The notes under the pieces are model-generated. The model was not told where the DNA came from, did no database searches, and saw only the letters and a list, made by a program, of their open reading frames with translations. Positions 45,207-56,839 of a stretch of DNA of 64,000 bases are shown here, one piece after another (positions within the stretch are counted from its first letter, which is position 1; every line of letters starts with the position of its first letter). The translations under genes were made by a program, and so were the position numbers. The DNA lies in NCBI RefSeq assembly GCF_002854065.1, contig NZ_CP024147.1, one strand, 5' to 3'. The stretch is from Escherichia coli. Lineage in GTDB: Bacteria > Pseudomonadota > Gammaproteobacteria > Enterobacterales > Enterobacteriaceae.

Positions 45207-46070
45207 TCAGAGCTTTGTTGCGCTGAAGTAATGTTCTGGTTTGGCAATACGATCCTGAGCAGCCACCACTTGCAGCTCATATTCCTGCATTGCTTTGGTG
45301 GTCACCATGATTTCGTAGACTGCAGCGGTCACATGTTCCAGGGCCTCCTGCAGCGTTGCCCCCTGAAGCAGTTTCACCAGCAGTAAACCGCTCGTCACAT
45401 CACCAACACCTACCGGCTGGCGCATACCAAAATCCACCAGTGGACGGCTGATATGCCAGGCTTCATCGGCGGTGACCAGCAACATTTCAAAACGGTCACG
45501 GCTGTAGCCAGCTCGCGCCAGGTGTTTAACCAATACAATTTGTGGCCCTTGCGCAATGAGTTCGCGCGCTGCCAGAACCGCTTCTTCGACGTTATTTACC
45601 GGATGCTCACAGAGTATTTCCAGCTCAACAAGATTCGGCGCAATGATATCGCTGGCAGGCAAACCGTGCCGCACATGAAACTCTGCGACACCCGGTGCAA
45701 CGATACAGCCTTTTTCCGGATGACCCATTACCGGATCGCAAAAATATTTCGCCTGCGGATTCGCTGCTTTCACCTGACGGACGATACCGAGGATATGTTC
45801 ACCCTGCTCCGCCGATCCCAGATAGCCACTTAATACGGCATCACAGGTGTGTAATTTATCAATGGCGGCAATGCCTTGCACAATTTCGGTTAAATGGCTG
45901 GGCGGCATCACGCAGCCAGTCCATTTGCCGTATTGGGTGTGATTAGAAAATTGAACGGTGTTCAGCGGCCAGACGTTCGCGCCCAGGCGGCGCATCGGAA
46001 ACTCTGCCGCACTGTTACCCGCATGACCATAAACAACGTGAGACTGGATAGCGAGAATATTTTTCATCAT
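45207..46070 (-). CDS. pdxY: Pyridoxal kinase 2
   Basis: 287 aa ribokinase-superfamily protein; last gene of the pdxH-tyrS-pdxY arrangement. Confidence 0.95.
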   Translation of the reverse strand: MMKNILAIQSHVVYGHAGNSAAEFPMRRLGANVWPLNTVQFSNHTQYGKWTGCVMPPSHLTEIVQGIAAIDKLHTCDAVLSGYLGSAEQGEHILGIVRQVKAANPQAKYFCDPVMGHPEKGCIVAPGVAEFHVRHGLPASDIIAPNLVELEILCEHPVNNVEEAVLAARELIAQGPQIVLVKHLARAGYSRDRFEMLLVTADEAWHISRPLVDFGMRQPVGVGDVTSGLLLVKLLQGATLQEALEHVTAAVYEIMVTTKAMQEYELQVVAAQDRIAKPEHYFSATKL

Positions 46071-46128
46071 GTTCCCTGTATAAAAACCAGGGGGAGTGAT
46101 TTCTCACTCCCCCTTTCCACTTAATGCA

Positions 46129-47403
46129 TTATTTCCAGCAAATCAGACAGTAATTCTTTTTGCCGCGACGCAGTAAGGTAAAACGACCAAACAGACGATC
46201 TTCTTCTTTAAAGAAGTATTCAGGATCGGACTGTTTTTCACCGTTAATGGTGATGGCATTGGAGGCGATAGTTTTACGCGCCTGACCACGGGAAGGTTGC
46301 AGTTCAGAATCGACCAGCGCCTGCATCAGGTCTGCGCCCTTTTCCATCTCAACCATCGGTACGCCGTCCTGCGCCAGCTGTTCGAAGTCCGCTTCAGTCA
46401 GCGCACTCAAGGAACCGCTGAACAGGCATTCGGTAATACGTTTTGCCGCCTGCAAACCTTCTTCACCGTGAACCAGACGAGTCACCTGCTCCGCCAGTAC
46501 ATACTGGGCGCGCGGTGCTTTACCGCTATTTTTATCTTCTTCTTCCAGGGCGTTGATCTCTTCAATGCTCATAAAGGTGAAGAACTTCAGGAAGCGGTAA
46601 ACGTCGGCATCCGCAGTGTTGATCCAGAACTGGTAGAATTTGTACGGGCTGGTTTTCTTCGGATCCAACCAGACTGCGCCGCCTTCAGTTTTACCAAATT
46701 TGGTGCCGTCTGCTTTGGTGATCAGCGGAACGGTCAGGCCAAACACCTGATTCTGATGCAGACGACGGGTCAGGTCGATACCAGAAGTGATGTTACCCCA
46801 CTGGTCAGAACCACCAATTTGCAGCACCACACCGTACTGTTTGTTCAGACAGGCGAAGTCATAACCCTGCAACAGGTTGTAGGAAAACTCAGTGAACGAA
46901 ATCCCCTGATCTTCACGGTTGAGACGCTGCTTAACCGCTTCTTTGTTGATCATCTGGTTAACGGAGAAGTGTTTGCCAATATCGCGCAGGAAGGTCAGCA
47001 CATTCATATTGCCGAACCAGTCATAGTTGTTCGCCGCGATAGCAGAGTTTTCTCCACAGTCGAAATCGAGGAACGGGGCAACCTGCTTGCGGATTTTGTC
47101 CACCCACTCCTGAACAGTTTCTTCGGTGTTCAGCTTACGCTCGGCAGCTTTGAAGCTCGGGTCGCCAATCAGACCCGTCGCGCCGCCTACCAGCGCAACC
47201 GGCTTGTGGCCCGCCTGCTGGAAGCGTTTCAGGCATAACAATGGAACAAGATGCCCCAAATGCAAGCTGTCAGCGGTAGGATCGAAGCCGCAATAGAGCG
47301 CGATCGGGCCTTGCGCCAGTCGCTCTGCTAACGCTTCCTCGTCCGTCACCTGGGCTACCAGCCCCCGCTCTTGCAATTGTTTAATCAAGTTACTGCTTGC
47401 CAT
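46129..47403 (-). CDS. tyrS: Tyrosine--tRNA ligase
   Basis: ORF-track frame 46129..47415; start moved to the ATG at 47403 ([14 protein letters not shown]), giving 424 aa; HIGH (HLGH) and KMSKS-like (KFGKT) motifs present. Confidence 0.95.
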   Translation of the reverse strand: MASSNLIKQLQERGLVAQVTDEEALAERLAQGPIALYCGFDPTADSLHLGHLVPLLCLKRFQQAGHKPVALVGGATGLIGDPSFKAAERKLNTEETVQEWVDKIRKQVAPFLDFDCGENSAIAANNYDWFGNMNVLTFLRDIGKHFSVNQMINKEAVKQRLNREDQGISFTEFSYNLLQGYDFACLNKQYGVVLQIGGSDQWGNITSGIDLTRRLHQNQVFGLTVPLITKADGTKFGKTEGGAVWLDPKKTSPYKFYQFWINTADADVYRFLKFFTFMSIEEINALEEEDKNSGKAPRAQYVLAEQVTRLVHGEEGLQAAKRITECLFSGSLSALTEADFEQLAQDGVPMVEMEKGADLMQALVDSELQPSRGQARKTIASNAITINGEKQSDPEYFFKEEDRLFGRFTLLRRGKKNYCLICWK

Positions 47404-47531
47404 CAAAATCTCCATGTATATAACGACTGCACCTTTGCCGGTACACGACTTTTCGCCAGATGCGAAAGAGACATAGAATAAAGTGCCAGAATCAGGAGTA
47501 CCAGCGATTAAAGCAAGATTTTTGCATCTTT

Positions 47532-48188
47532 TCAGGGTGCAAGACGATCAATCTTCCACGCATCATTTTCACGCTGGTACAAAAAGCGGTCATGCAGGCG
47601 ATGCTCACCACCCTGCCAGAACTCAATCTGTTCAAGGCTGACGCGAAAACCGCCCCAAAAGCTCGGCAATGGCACTTCGCCCTGTTGAAACTTCTGCTTC
47701 AGCTCCAGGAATTTACTTTCAAGGATACCGCGGGCAGAAATGCGACTGGACTGCTTCGAAACCCATGCACCAATCTGGCTATCACGCGGGCGGCTATGAA
47801 AATATTTCATCACTTCGAGAGTCGAAAGTCGTTCCGCTTTACCGATCACCATCACCTGGCGCTCAAGGGTATGCCACGGGAACAGCAGGCTAACGCGCGG
47901 ATTATTTTCGATTTGATGTGCTTTACGGCTGCCGAGGTTGGTGTAAAACACCATGCCTTTTTCGTCGTAATGTTTGAGTAAAACGATGCGCTGATAAGGC
48001 TGACCATGTTCATCCACGGTAGCGACCACCATCGCGGTAGGGTCCGCCAGTTTGGCTTCACAAGCCTGAGAGAGCCAACGTTCAAAAAGGGTTAATGGAT
48101 CGGCGGGAAGATCGCGGCGGCGTAACCCGCCTTTGGTGTATTCACGGCGCAGATGCGCGATTTGCTGCAATTCGTCGTTATCAGACAT
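47532..48188 (-). CDS. pdxH: Pyridoxine/pyridoxamine 5'-phosphate oxidase
   Basis: 218 aa FMN-dependent oxidase. Confidence 0.95.
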
Positions 48189-48246
48189 GGTTTTCTTTAC
48201 GGATTGTCAGTGGGTGACGCTATTGTGCGCCGCCCCTGGAAAAATC

Positions 48247-48576
48247 TCAACGCTGTGAATTTTGTAACTGACAGTTATTCAAGACGATGCGGTCGCGTTT
48301 ATAGACAGTCGCTTCCTCGCCTTTCGACCAGAAAACATAGATTCCGTCAGTGTAACGTGCACCAGAGGCTGAAATGCCCTGTTTGAGATGCAGTAGTTGA
48401 TTATCGTAAACAAAACTGACTTCCTGGCGCGGATTATTCAGTTTGACCGTCAACGGTTTTTCATCACACTGGTATTCCAGCGTATCGGTTTGCATGCGCT
48501 CAACCAGTTGATTGAACGCGCTACAGCCGGTGAGAAGCACCGGCAAACAGATCAGTAACAGTTTTTTCATAGACAT
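48247..48576 (-). CDS. mliC: Membrane-bound lysozyme inhibitor of C-type lysozyme (lipoprotein)
   Basis: 109 aa with lipoprotein signal (LLTGCSA); matches mliC (ydhA). Confidence 0.9.
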   Translation of the reverse strand: MSMKKLLLICLPVLLTGCSAFNQLVERMQTDTLEYQCDEKPLTVKLNNPRQEVSFVYDNQLLHLKQGISASGARYTDGIYVFWSKGEEATVYKRDRIVLNNCQLQNSQR

Positions 48577-48673
48577 TTCCCGAAGACTTTCCTGGTCTGG
48601 AGGGCAATACGCCCTCCCTAACGTTCCAAGTGTAACGGCAGACGCGGTAAGAAAAATTCAGTTAACTCTGATA

Positions 48674-49783
48674 TCACGGGTTAGCGGGGAAAATAGCCCC
48701 CAGTACCGTCTCCTGGCTTGCGCCAGTGACGGAAGGCAGATTTCCTGGTAATCCCGCCAGCGTCCGCCAGGCAAGCCAGGCGAAAGCCAATGCTTCCATG
48801 TCATCGCCACTAATGCCAACGGCATCGGTGGTGGTGACTTCTGTGCCTGGCAGTAATGCCGCCAGACGCGCCATGAGTAGCGGATTACGACTACCTCCAC
48901 CACATACCATCAATCGTTCGCAGCCACCGCTCAACAAAACTTGTTCAGAAATGGTCACGGCGGTGAGTTCTGCCAGTGTGGCCTGCACATCACGGGGATC
49001 AACACCCGGAAAATGGCGTAAATGGCGCTCCAGCCAGCCGTAGTTAAAGTATTCGCGTCCGGTGCTTTTCGGTGCAGGTTGCGAGAAATATGGGTCGCTG
49101 AGCATATTTTGCAGCAGTGGGAGAATAACTTTACCCGCCCGTGCCCACTCGGCATCTTTATCGTAAGGTTTACCGGCCTGACGCCAGATCCAGGCATCCA
49201 TCAGCATGTTACCAGGACCGGTATCGTAGCCGCCAACCGGCTGCCCAGGAATGAGCAGTGACAGATTGGCGATGCCGCCAATATTGAGCACCATTCGTCG
49301 CTCGGTTGGGTGAGCCAGAAAGGCATGATGGAACGCAGGTGCCAGCGGTGCGCCTTGTCCTCCCAAGGCAATATCGCGACGGCGAAAATCACCGACAACC
49401 GTAATTCCGGTGCGTGCCACAATTTGATTGTTATCGCCAATCTGTAAAGTGTGTGGTGCCACGCCCGTCGGTTCATGCCAGACGGTTTGACCGTGACAGC
49501 CGATCGCAACTATATCTCTCGCCTGCAGGTTTTGTTCCTTAAGCAAGGCATTGACCGCATCAGCAAAAAGTCGCCCGAGTTGAGTATCAAGCTGTCCAAA
49601 CTGCGAAAGTGTAAGCTGCTGGCCCTGGCAAATATCCAGTACAGCCTGTTTCAGAGACACCGGGATCGGCCAGCTCAAACTTGCCAGCTGTGCGACCCGG
49701 TGTTCATCAATTGTCGCCAACACAACATCAACACCATCAAGGCTGGTGCCTGACATAACGCCAATAAAGCGGCCCGATTTCAT
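48674..49783 (-). CDS. anmK: Anhydro-N-acetylmuramic acid kinase
   Basis: 369 aa beginning [19 protein letters not shown]. Confidence 0.95.
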   Translation of the reverse strand: MKSGRFIGVMSGTSLDGVDVVLATIDEHRVAQLASLSWPIPVSLKQAVLDICQGQQLTLSQFGQLDTQLGRLFADAVNALLKEQNLQARDIVAIGCHGQTVWHEPTGVAPHTLQIGDNNQIVARTGITVVGDFRRRDIALGGQGAPLAPAFHHAFLAHPTERRMVLNIGGIANLSLLIPGQPVGGYDTGPGNMLMDAWIWRQAGKPYDKDAEWARAGKVILPLLQNMLSDPYFSQPAPKSTGREYFNYGWLERHLRHFPGVDPRDVQATLAELTAVTISEQVLLSGGCERLMVCGGGSRNPLLMARLAALLPGTEVTTTDAVGISGDDMEALAFAWLAWRTLAGLPGNLPSVTGASQETVLGAIFPANP

Positions 49784-50056
49784 AGTTCATCCTTTTTCAA
49801 TCTGACGTTTGCGCACCACTCAAACATAAACTTTTCGTGAATACCATGCGGAATGACCGATTTTTACCGTTGGTAGTAAAACATTATCTTCAAATCAATA
49901 ATCATCATGAATGTTTTGTTTATAATTGGTTGATCCTACTTTCATTATGATTTGCTCATATTTGGTAGAACATATAACCATGGATTCACATATGCCATAT
50001 ACTTTGACCATGAGGGATGCTTGCGTGGCGTTTCATGGTGAACAGGAGATTTTTCA

Positions 50057-50524
50057 ATGATTAAACGCGTATTGGTTGTTTCAATGGTAGGTCTGTCTCT
50101 TGTCGGTTGTGTTAATAACGACACCCTGTCAGGGGATGTTTATACCGCTTCTGAAGCGAAACAAGTACAGAATGTCAGCTATGGAACCATCGTTAACGTA
50201 CGTCCGGTACAGATTCAGGGCGGTGATGATTCCAACGTTATCGGTGCAATTGGCGGTGCTGTTCTTGGTGGTTTCCTGGGAAATACTGTTGGTGGCGGAA
50301 CCGGGCGTTCTCTGGCTACTGCAGCAGGCGCTGTTGCAGGTGGCGTAGCTGGTCAGGGCGTACAGAGTGCAATGAACAAAACGCAAGGTGTCGAGCTGGA
50401 AATTCGTAAAGACGATGGTAATACCATCATGGTGGTACAGAAACAAGGCAACACTCGTTTCTCTCCGGGCCAACGTGTCGTACTGGCCAGCAATGGCAGT
50501 CAGGTGACCGTTTCTCCGCGCTAA
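50057..50524 (+). CDS. slyB: Outer-membrane lipoprotein (glycine-zipper)
   Basis: 155 aa with lipobox (LVGCVN) and Gly-rich GAIGGAVLGGFLG segment. Confidence 0.95.
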   Translation: MIKRVLVVSMVGLSLVGCVNNDTLSGDVYTASEAKQVQNVSYGTIVNVRPVQIQGGDDSNVIGAIGGAVLGGFLGNTVGGGTGRSLATAAGAVAGGVAGQGVQSAMNKTQGVELEIRKDDGNTIMVVQKQGNTRFSPGQRVVLASNGSQVTVSPR

Positions 50525-50532
50525 ATAAGTTT

Positions 50533-50560
50533 GCGTGTGGTCAGGTTACTGACCACACGC
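50533..50560. terminator. Bidirectional terminator hairpin between convergent slyB and slyA
   Basis: 12-bp perfect stem GCGTGTGGTCAG / CTGACCACACGC with loop GTTA. Confidence 0.6.
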
Positions 50561-50570
50561 CCCCTTCATT

Positions 50571-51005
50571 TCACCCTTTGGCCTGTAACTCAATGATATT
50601 ATGCTCAAGTTTTGCGATGAGCGTAATCAGTTGTTCCAGTTCCTCTGCGGAGATGCCATGTAAGATTTCCGCGCGGGTTTTGTTAATAACAGCTTCCATT
50701 TCGCTGATCAGTGGCTCTGCCTTTTCCGTCAGTTTAATACGTTTAGCCCGACGATCGCTGGCACAAGTTTGACGCGAAATTAACCCTTTTTCTTCCAGTT
50801 GGTCCAGAGTACGGACCAGTGAGGGCTGCTCGATGCCAATCGCTTTTGCCAGTTGAATTTGCGACTGGTCTGGAGGTAACTGATGGATATTGTGTAACGT
50901 AACCCAATGGGTTTGTGTTAACTCCAGCGGTTTCAGGCGATGGTCTATCAGAGCACGCCATATGCGCACCAACCGTGCCAGATCAGAACCTAGTGGCGAT
51001 TCCAA
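50571..51005 (-). CDS. slyA: MarR-family transcriptional regulator
   Basis: ORF-track entry 50571..51011 (146 aa, MKLESPLG); the shorter 144-aa product from the in-frame TTG two codons downstream is the annotated start as I recall it, so the start is uncertain by 6 nt. Confidence 0.85.
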
Positions 51006-51205
51006 TTTCATCTCCTTATAATTAGCTTGCTAAGATATTATGCGGCTTTTAGAATAGTGTGCAGCAATTGTATTGCTAAAACAAATGTATTGCTGCATTT
51101 GGTTACCGTCAGACATATTTTTCAGAAATTGCGCGTAAATTTTTCGCACTTAAAGAATATTTATTAATCTAACGCAATATATTCGGTCGTAAAGGAATCT
51201 ACTTT

Positions 51206-51442
51206 GTGAAGTTTATGCTCAATGCAACAGGATTGCCCTTACAAGATCTGGTGTTCGGTGCGTCCGTCTATTTTCCTCCGTTTTTCAAAGCCTTCGCGTT
51301 TGGATTCGTCATCTGGCTTGTCGTACACCGCCTGCTTCGTGGCTGGATCTACGCCGGTGACATCTGGCATCCCTTGTTAATGGATTTATCGCTGTTTGCG
51401 ATTTGCGTTTGCCTTGCTCTGGCAATACTGATTGCGTGGTAA
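51206..51442 (+). CDS. ydhI: DUF1656-family small inner-membrane protein (AaeX-like)
   Basis: 78 aa, two hydrophobic helices; first gene of the ydhIJK cluster, divergent from slyA. Confidence 0.85.
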
Positions 51443-51444
51443 CT

Positions 51445-52302
51445 ATGTCAATTAAAACAATTAAGTATTTCTCAACAATCATTGTAGCGGTAGTTGCGGT
51501 TCTTGCCGGATGGTGGCTGTGGAATTATTACATGCAATCTCCGTGGACACGCGACGGGAAAATACGCGCAGAACAGGTTTCTATCACCCCACAGGTGTCG
51601 GGACGTATTGTTGAGCTGAATATAAAAGACAACCAGCTGGTTAATGCGGGGGATCTTATGCTCACGATCGATAAAACGCCCTTTCAGATCGCCGAGCTGA
51701 ACGCACAGGCTCAGCTGGCGAAAGCGCAATCTGACCTCGCAAAAGCCAATAACGAAGCGAATCGTCGTCGTCATCTCTCACAAAATTTTATTTCTGCCGA
51801 AGAACTCGATACCGCTAACCTCAATGTTAAAGCGATGCAGGCCAGTGTTAATGCCGCACAGGCGACGCTGAAACAGGCACAATGGCAACTGGCGCAAACG
51901 GAAATTCGCGCCCCGGTGAGTGGATGGGTGACTAACCTTACTACCCGCATCGGCGATTACGCTGATACCGGGAAACCGCTGTTTGCCCTTGTCGACAGCA
52001 ACTCGTTTTACGTCATTGGTTATTTTGAAGAAACCAAGTTGCGCCATATCCGCGAAGGTGCACCAGCACAAATTACCCTCTATAGTGATAACAAAACGTT
52101 ACAGGGTCACGTTTCCAGTATCGGTCGGGCGATTTATGATCAGAGCGTTGAAAGTGACTCAAGCCTTATTCCGGATGTGAAACCTAACGTCCCCTGGGTT
52201 CGACTCGCCCAACGCGTTCCCGTCCGCTTTGCGCTGGATAAAGTCCCAGGCGATGTCACGCTGGTGTCGGGCACCACCTGTAGCATTGCCGTAGGTCAAT
52301 AA
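51445..52302 (+). CDS. ydhJ: HlyD-family membrane fusion (periplasmic adaptor) protein
   Basis: ORF-track frame 51403..52302; start moved to the ATG at 51445 ([14 protein letters not shown]), giving 285 aa; N-terminal anchor plus coiled-coil region. Confidence 0.85.
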   Translation: MSIKTIKYFSTIIVAVVAVLAGWWLWNYYMQSPWTRDGKIRAEQVSITPQVSGRIVELNIKDNQLVNAGDLMLTIDKTPFQIAELNAQAQLAKAQSDLAKANNEANRRRHLSQNFISAEELDTANLNVKAMQASVNAAQATLKQAQWQLAQTEIRAPVSGWVTNLTTRIGDYADTGKPLFALVDSNSFYVIGYFEETKLRHIREGAPAQITLYSDNKTLQGHVSSIGRAIYDQSVESDSSLIPDVKPNVPWVRLAQRVPVRFALDKVPGDVTLVSGTTCSIAVGQ

Positions 52303-54314
52303 TGAACGCATCGTCATGGTCCTTGCGCAATTTGCCCTGGTTCAGGGCCACGCTGGCGCAATGGCGTTATGCGTTACGCAATACCATTGCCATGTGTCTG
52401 GCGCTGACGGTTGCCTATTATTTAAATCTGGATGAACCCTATTGGGCGATGACCTCGGCTGCAGTGGTTAGCTTTCCCACCGTTGGCGGTGTTATCAGCA
52501 AAAGCCTCGGACGCATCGCTGGCAGTTTGCTCGGAGCCATTGCGGCACTGCTTCTTGCCGGACATACACTTAATGAGCCGTGGTTTTTTCTATTGAGCAT
52601 GGCGGCGTGGCTTGGCTTTTGTACCTGGGCCTGTGCGCACTTCACGAATAATGTCGCGTATGCATTTCAACTGGCGGGCTACACGGCTGCCATCATCGCC
52701 TTTCCGATGGTTAATATTACTGAGGCCAGCCAGCTGTGGGATATCGCTCAGGCGCGCGTTTGCGAGGTGATTGTCGGTATTTTGTGCGGCGGCATGATGA
52801 TGATGATCCTGCCTAGCAGTTCCGATGCTACAGCCCTTTTAACCGCATTGAAAAACATGCACGCCCGACTACTTGAACATGCCAGTTTACTCTGGCAGCC
52901 TGAAACAACCGATGCCATTCGTGCAGCACATGAAGGGGTGATTGGGCAGATACTGACCATGAATTTGCTGCGTATCCAGGCTTTCTGGAGCCACTATCGT
53001 TTTCGCCAGCAAAACGCGCGCCTTAATGCGCTGCTCCACCAGCAATTACGTATGACCAGTGTCATCTCCAGCCTGCGACGTATGTTGCTCAACTGGCCCT
53101 CACCGCCAGGTGCCACACGAGAAATTCTCGAACAGTTGCTGACGGCGCTCGCCAGTTCGCAAACAGATGTTTACACCGTCGCACGTATTATCGCCCCGCT
53201 ACGCCCGACCAACGTCGCCGACTATCGGCACGTCGCCTTCTGGCAGCGACTACGTTATTTTTGCCGCCTTTATCTGCAAAGTAGTCAGGAATTACATCGT
53301 CTGCAAAGCGGTGTAGATGATCATACCAGACTCCCACGGACATCCGGCCTGGCTCGTCATACCGATAACGCCGAAGCTATGTGGAGCGGGCTGCGTACAT
53401 TTTGTACGTTGATGATGATTGGCGCATGGAGTATTGCTTCGCAATGGGATGCCGGTGCCAATGCATTAACGCTGGCAGCAATTAGCTGCGTACTCTACTC
53501 CGCCGTCGCAGCACCGTTTAAGTCGTTGTCACTGCTGATGCGCACGCTGGTGTTACTTTCGCTATTCAGCTTTGTGGTCAAATTTGGTCTGATGGTCCAG
53601 ATTAGCGATCTGTGGCAATTTTTACTGTTTCTCTTTCCACTGCTGGCGACAATGCAGCTTCTTAAATTGCAGATGCCCAAATTTGCCGCATTGTGGGGGC
53701 AACTGATTGTTTTTATGGGTTCTTTTATCGCTGTCACTAATCCCCCGGTGTATGATTTTGCTGATTTTCTTAACGATAATCTGGCAAAAATCGTTGGCGT
53801 CGCGTTGGCGTGGTTAGCGTTCGCGATTCTGCGTCCAGGATCGGATGCTCGCAAAAGCCGCCGCCATATTCGCGCGCTGCGCCGGGATTTTGTCGATCAA
53901 CTAAGCCGCCATCCAACACTGAGTGAAAGCGAATTTGAATCGCTCACTTATCATCACGTCAGTCAGTTGAGTAACAGCCAGGATGCGCTGGCTCGCCGTT
54001 GGTTATTACGCTGGGGTGTAGTGCTGCTGAACTGTTCTCATGTTGTCTGGCAATTACGCGACTGGGAATCGCGTTCCGATCCGTTATCGCGAGTACGGGA
54101 TAACTGTATTTCACTGTTGCGGGGAGTGATGAGTGAGCGTGGCGTTCAGCAAAAATCACTGGCGGCCACACTTGAAGAATTACAGCGGATTTGCGACAGC
54201 CTTGCCCGTCATCATCAACCTGCCGCCCGTGAGCTGGCGGCAATTGTCTGGCGGCTGTACTGCTCGCTTTCGCAACTTGAGCAAGCACCACCGCAAGGTA
54301 CGCTGGCCTCTTAA
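52302..54314 (+). CDS. ydhK: FUSC (fusaric acid resistance)-family inner-membrane efflux protein (AaeB-like)
   Basis: 670 aa with two hydrophobic blocks separated by a soluble region. Confidence 0.85.
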   Translation: MNASSWSLRNLPWFRATLAQWRYALRNTIAMCLALTVAYYLNLDEPYWAMTSAAVVSFPTVGGVISKSLGRIAGSLLGAIAALLLAGHTLNEPWFFLLSMAAWLGFCTWACAHFTNNVAYAFQLAGYTAAIIAFPMVNITEASQLWDIAQARVCEVIVGILCGGMMMMILPSSSDATALLTALKNMHARLLEHASLLWQPETTDAIRAAHEGVIGQILTMNLLRIQAFWSHYRFRQQNARLNALLHQQLRMTSVISSLRRMLLNWPSPPGATREILEQLLTALASSQTDVYTVARIIAPLRPTNVADYRHVAFWQRLRYFCRLYLQSSQELHRLQSGVDDHTRLPRTSGLARHTDNAEAMWSGLRTFCTLMMIGAWSIASQWDAGANALTLAAISCVLYSAVAAPFKSLSLLMRTLVLLSLFSFVVKFGLMVQISDLWQFLLFLFPLLATMQLLKLQMPKFAALWGQLIVFMGSFIAVTNPPVYDFADFLNDNLAKIVGVALAWLAFAILRPGSDARKSRRHIRALRRDFVDQLSRHPTLSESEFESLTYHHVSQLSNSQDALARRWLLRWGVVLLNCSHVVWQLRDWESRSDPLSRVRDNCISLLRGVMSERGVQQKSLAATLEELQRICDSLARHHQPAARELAAIVWRLYCSLSQLEQAPPQGTLAS

Positions 54315-54836
54315 TTACTTAATTACACCACAGGCATAGCGTTCACCGCCACCGCCCAGCGGTTTAGGTTGATCGGACATATTATCGCCGCCAACGTGGA
54401 CCATCAGCGCTTTGTCTTTGATTTCATCCAGTGATTTCAGACGAGGCGCGATGACGGCATTGGTAGCTTTGCCGTCATTATTGACGACCAGTGCAGGCAG
54501 ATCGCCTAAATGCCCGGCACCTTCTGGCCCTTCATGTTTACCGGTATTTTGTGGATCAAGATGCCCGCCTGCGGATTCCGCGGCGCTGGCTTTGCCATCT
54601 TTGGTGGCTGGCTGGCAGCTTCCTTTGGCATGAATATGGAAGCCATGTTCACCGGGGGGTAATGCTTTCAGATCGGGCGAAAACTCCAGACCTTTATCGG
54701 TTTCAGTAATGGTGACGCTACCAATTGACTGCCCAACCCCTTGCGACGTGACGAGGTTCATCTCGACTTTTTCACTGGCAGCTTGTGCGCCGGTCGCAAC
54801 AACCAGCGCCAGAATGGCCAGACTAAAACGTTTCAT
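54315..54836 (-). CDS. sodC: Periplasmic Cu/Zn superoxide dismutase
   Basis: ORF-track frame 54315..54887; start moved to the ATG at 54836 (MKRFSLAILALVVATGAQA), giving 173 aa; His-rich metal-binding motifs present. Confidence 0.95.
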   Translation of the reverse strand: MKRFSLAILALVVATGAQAASEKVEMNLVTSQGVGQSIGSVTITETDKGLEFSPDLKALPPGEHGFHIHAKGSCQPATKDGKASAAESAGGHLDPQNTGKHEGPEGAGHLGDLPALVVNNDGKATNAVIAPRLKSLDEIKDKALMVHVGGDNMSDQPKPLGGGGERYACGVIK

Positions 54837-54916
54837 AGGACCTCCGTTCATTGTGCATTCCTGAATAAGTGTAAACCAGTGACACATTTTTGAACGGCGG
54901 CTATTCCTAAAAGTGC

Positions 54917-55813
54917 TTACGGTACGTCGTACCCCAGTGCCGCTTTACGGATACGAAACCATTGTTGACGGGTCATTTTCAGTGTTTCTGCTTCGACAGC
55001 TGCCCGTACGCGCTCAATTTTACCTGAGCCGATAATTGGCAGCGGCTGCGACGGTAAACGTAATACCCAGGCGTAAACCACCTGTTCAATCGAGCCCGCG
55101 TTTAACTCCTCCGCCACCACAGCCAGTTCATCACGCAGCGGCTGGAAATAATCATCATTAAACAGACGACCACCACCAAGGCAGGACCACGCCATCGGAC
55201 GAACACGCAGTTGTTGCAGTTGGTCGAGCGTGCCATCCAGCAGTAACGGCTGATGTACCGGGGATATTTCCACCTGATTAGTGGCAAGGGTAAACGGCAG
55301 ACGTGATTGCAACAGGGCAAATTGCGCAGGCGTAAAGTTCGATACGCCAAAATGACGCACTTTGCCGCTCTGATGCAGATGTTTGAACGCGTCCGCCACT
55401 TCATCGGCATCCATTAACGGGTCCGGGCGGTGGATTAACAGCAGATCCAGATGATCGGTCGCAAGATTAATTAGCGACTGTTCGGCGCTCTTAATGATGT
55501 GATCGCGGTCAGTGATGTAATGACCAATGACGTTTTCTTCACGCGCGGTCGTCGCGATACCGCATTTACTGACGATTTCCATCCGCTCACGCAGGTGAGG
55601 TGCCAGTTTCAGCGCCTCGCCAAACGCCGCTTCGCACTGATAGCCACCATAAATATCAGCATGGTCCACGGTGGTCACGCCGAGATCCAGATGCTCTTCA
55701 ATAAAACTGACCAGCTGGCGGGCGGACATATTCCAGTCCATCAATCGCCAGTAGCCCATCACAAAACGGGAAAACTCCGGGCCTTGCGGCGCAATAGTAA
55801 TACGCTGAACCAT
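54917..55813 (-). CDS. ydhF: Aldo-keto reductase family oxidoreductase
   Basis: 298 aa. Confidence 0.9.
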   Translation of the reverse strand: MVQRITIAPQGPEFSRFVMGYWRLMDWNMSARQLVSFIEEHLDLGVTTVDHADIYGGYQCEAAFGEALKLAPHLRERMEIVSKCGIATTAREENVIGHYITDRDHIIKSAEQSLINLATDHLDLLLIHRPDPLMDADEVADAFKHLHQSGKVRHFGVSNFTPAQFALLQSRLPFTLATNQVEISPVHQPLLLDGTLDQLQQLRVRPMAWSCLGGGRLFNDDYFQPLRDELAVVAEELNAGSIEQVVYAWVLRLPSQPLPIIGSGKIERVRAAVEAETLKMTRQQWFRIRKAALGYDVP

Positions 55814-55861
55814 ATTCGCTTCCTCTTATCAGATATGAGAGGAGTATACGCAAGATTAGGC

Positions 55862-56101
55862 TCAAAAGAGTGATGGTTGCTCCGGTTCGTCTGATGACGC
55901 TGGCTTATTTGCACGTAATTTGCGCATTAATCGCTGCCGACAAAGGCGCAGCACCTCTTGTTTTTCGCCATCGCTCATTTTATTCCAGTTAAAACGCTCA
56001 TCCCGGCTTCGAAAACAGCCGCGACAAAACCCGCGTTCGTCAGACTGGCAAATTCCCCGGCACGGGCTCTGGACGGGAAAGAACTCTAATTGCTCCGCCA
56101 C
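55862..56101 (-). CDS. ydhL: DUF1289-family cysteine-rich small protein
   Basis: 79 aa with CRGIC...CRGC pattern suggesting a metal-binding fold. Confidence 0.85.
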   Translation of the reverse strand: MAEQLEFFPVQSPCRGICQSDERGFCRGCFRSRDERFNWNKMSDGEKQEVLRLCRQRLMRKLRANKPASSDEPEQPSLF

Positions 56102-56173
56102 TTAGCCCTCCTCAGATAAGATTATTACCATTATTGAAGCTGTTAATGTCCAAAGTAGCAACTTTGCTTGCAC

Positions 56174-56189
56174 TAGACCGACTGGTCTA
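56174..56189. promoter_or_regulatory. NemR-box-like inverted repeat TAGACCGACTGGTCTA upstream of nemR
   Basis: TAGACC-N4-GGTCTA dyad about 15-30 bp upstream of the nemR start; matches the autoregulatory operator as I recall it. Confidence 0.5.
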
Positions 56190-56203
56190 CTACACTCCAA
56201 CAC

Positions 56204-56803
56204 ATGAACAAACACACCGAACATGATACTCGCGAACATCTCCTGGCGACGGGCGAGCAACTTTGCCTGCAACGTGGATTCACCGGGATGGGGCTAAGCG
56301 AATTACTAAAAACCGCTGAAGTGCCGAAAGGGTCCTTCTATCACTACTTTCGCTCTAAAGAGGCGTTTGGCGTTGCCATGCTTGAGCGCCATTATGCCGC
56401 ATATCACCAGCGACTGACTGAGTTGCTGCAATCCGGCGAAGGTAACTACCGCGACCGCATACTGGCTTATTACCAGCAAACACTGAACCAGTTTTGCCAA
56501 CATGGAACCATCAGTGGTTGCCTGACAGTAAAACTCTCTGCCGAAGTGTGCGATCTTTCAGAAGATATGCGTAGCGCGATGGATAAAGGCGCTCGCGGCG
56601 TGATCGCCCTGCTCTCGCAGGCTCTGGAAAATGGCCGTGAGAACCACTGTTTAACCTTTTGTGGCGAACCGCTGCAACAGGCACAAGTGCTTTACGCACT
56701 ATGGCTGGGTGCGAATCTGCAGGCCAAAATTTCGCGCAGTTTCGAGCCGCTGGAAAACGCGCTGGCACATGTAAAAAACATTATTGCGACGCCTGCCGTT
56801 TAG
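56204..56803 (+). CDS. nemR: TetR-family electrophile-sensing repressor
   Basis: 199 aa. Confidence 0.9.
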   Translation: MNKHTEHDTREHLLATGEQLCLQRGFTGMGLSELLKTAEVPKGSFYHYFRSKEAFGVAMLERHYAAYHQRLTELLQSGEGNYRDRILAYYQQTLNQFCQHGTISGCLTVKLSAEVCDLSEDMRSAMDKGARGVIALLSQALENGRENHCLTFCGEPLQQAQVLYALWLGANLQAKISRSFEPLENALAHVKNIIATPAV

Positions 56804-56839
56804 CAGGCATTTTTTATCACCAGACGACCGGGAGCCTTT

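Noticed and set aside
48599-48617. Hairpin GGAGGGC / GCCCTCC between anmK and mliC as a terminator
   Set aside because: No U-tract on the transcribed (minus) strand, and it lies in the mliC upstream region; more likely a 5' UTR structure or coincidental, so not called as a feature.
49784-50056. PhoP box in the slyB promoter
   Set aside because: slyB is a known PhoP target, but I could only find degenerate TGTTT-type half-sites (around 49936..49955) without the expected direct-repeat spacing, so I cannot place the box confidently. A similar weak candidate upstream of rstA (11565..11581) was also left uncalled.
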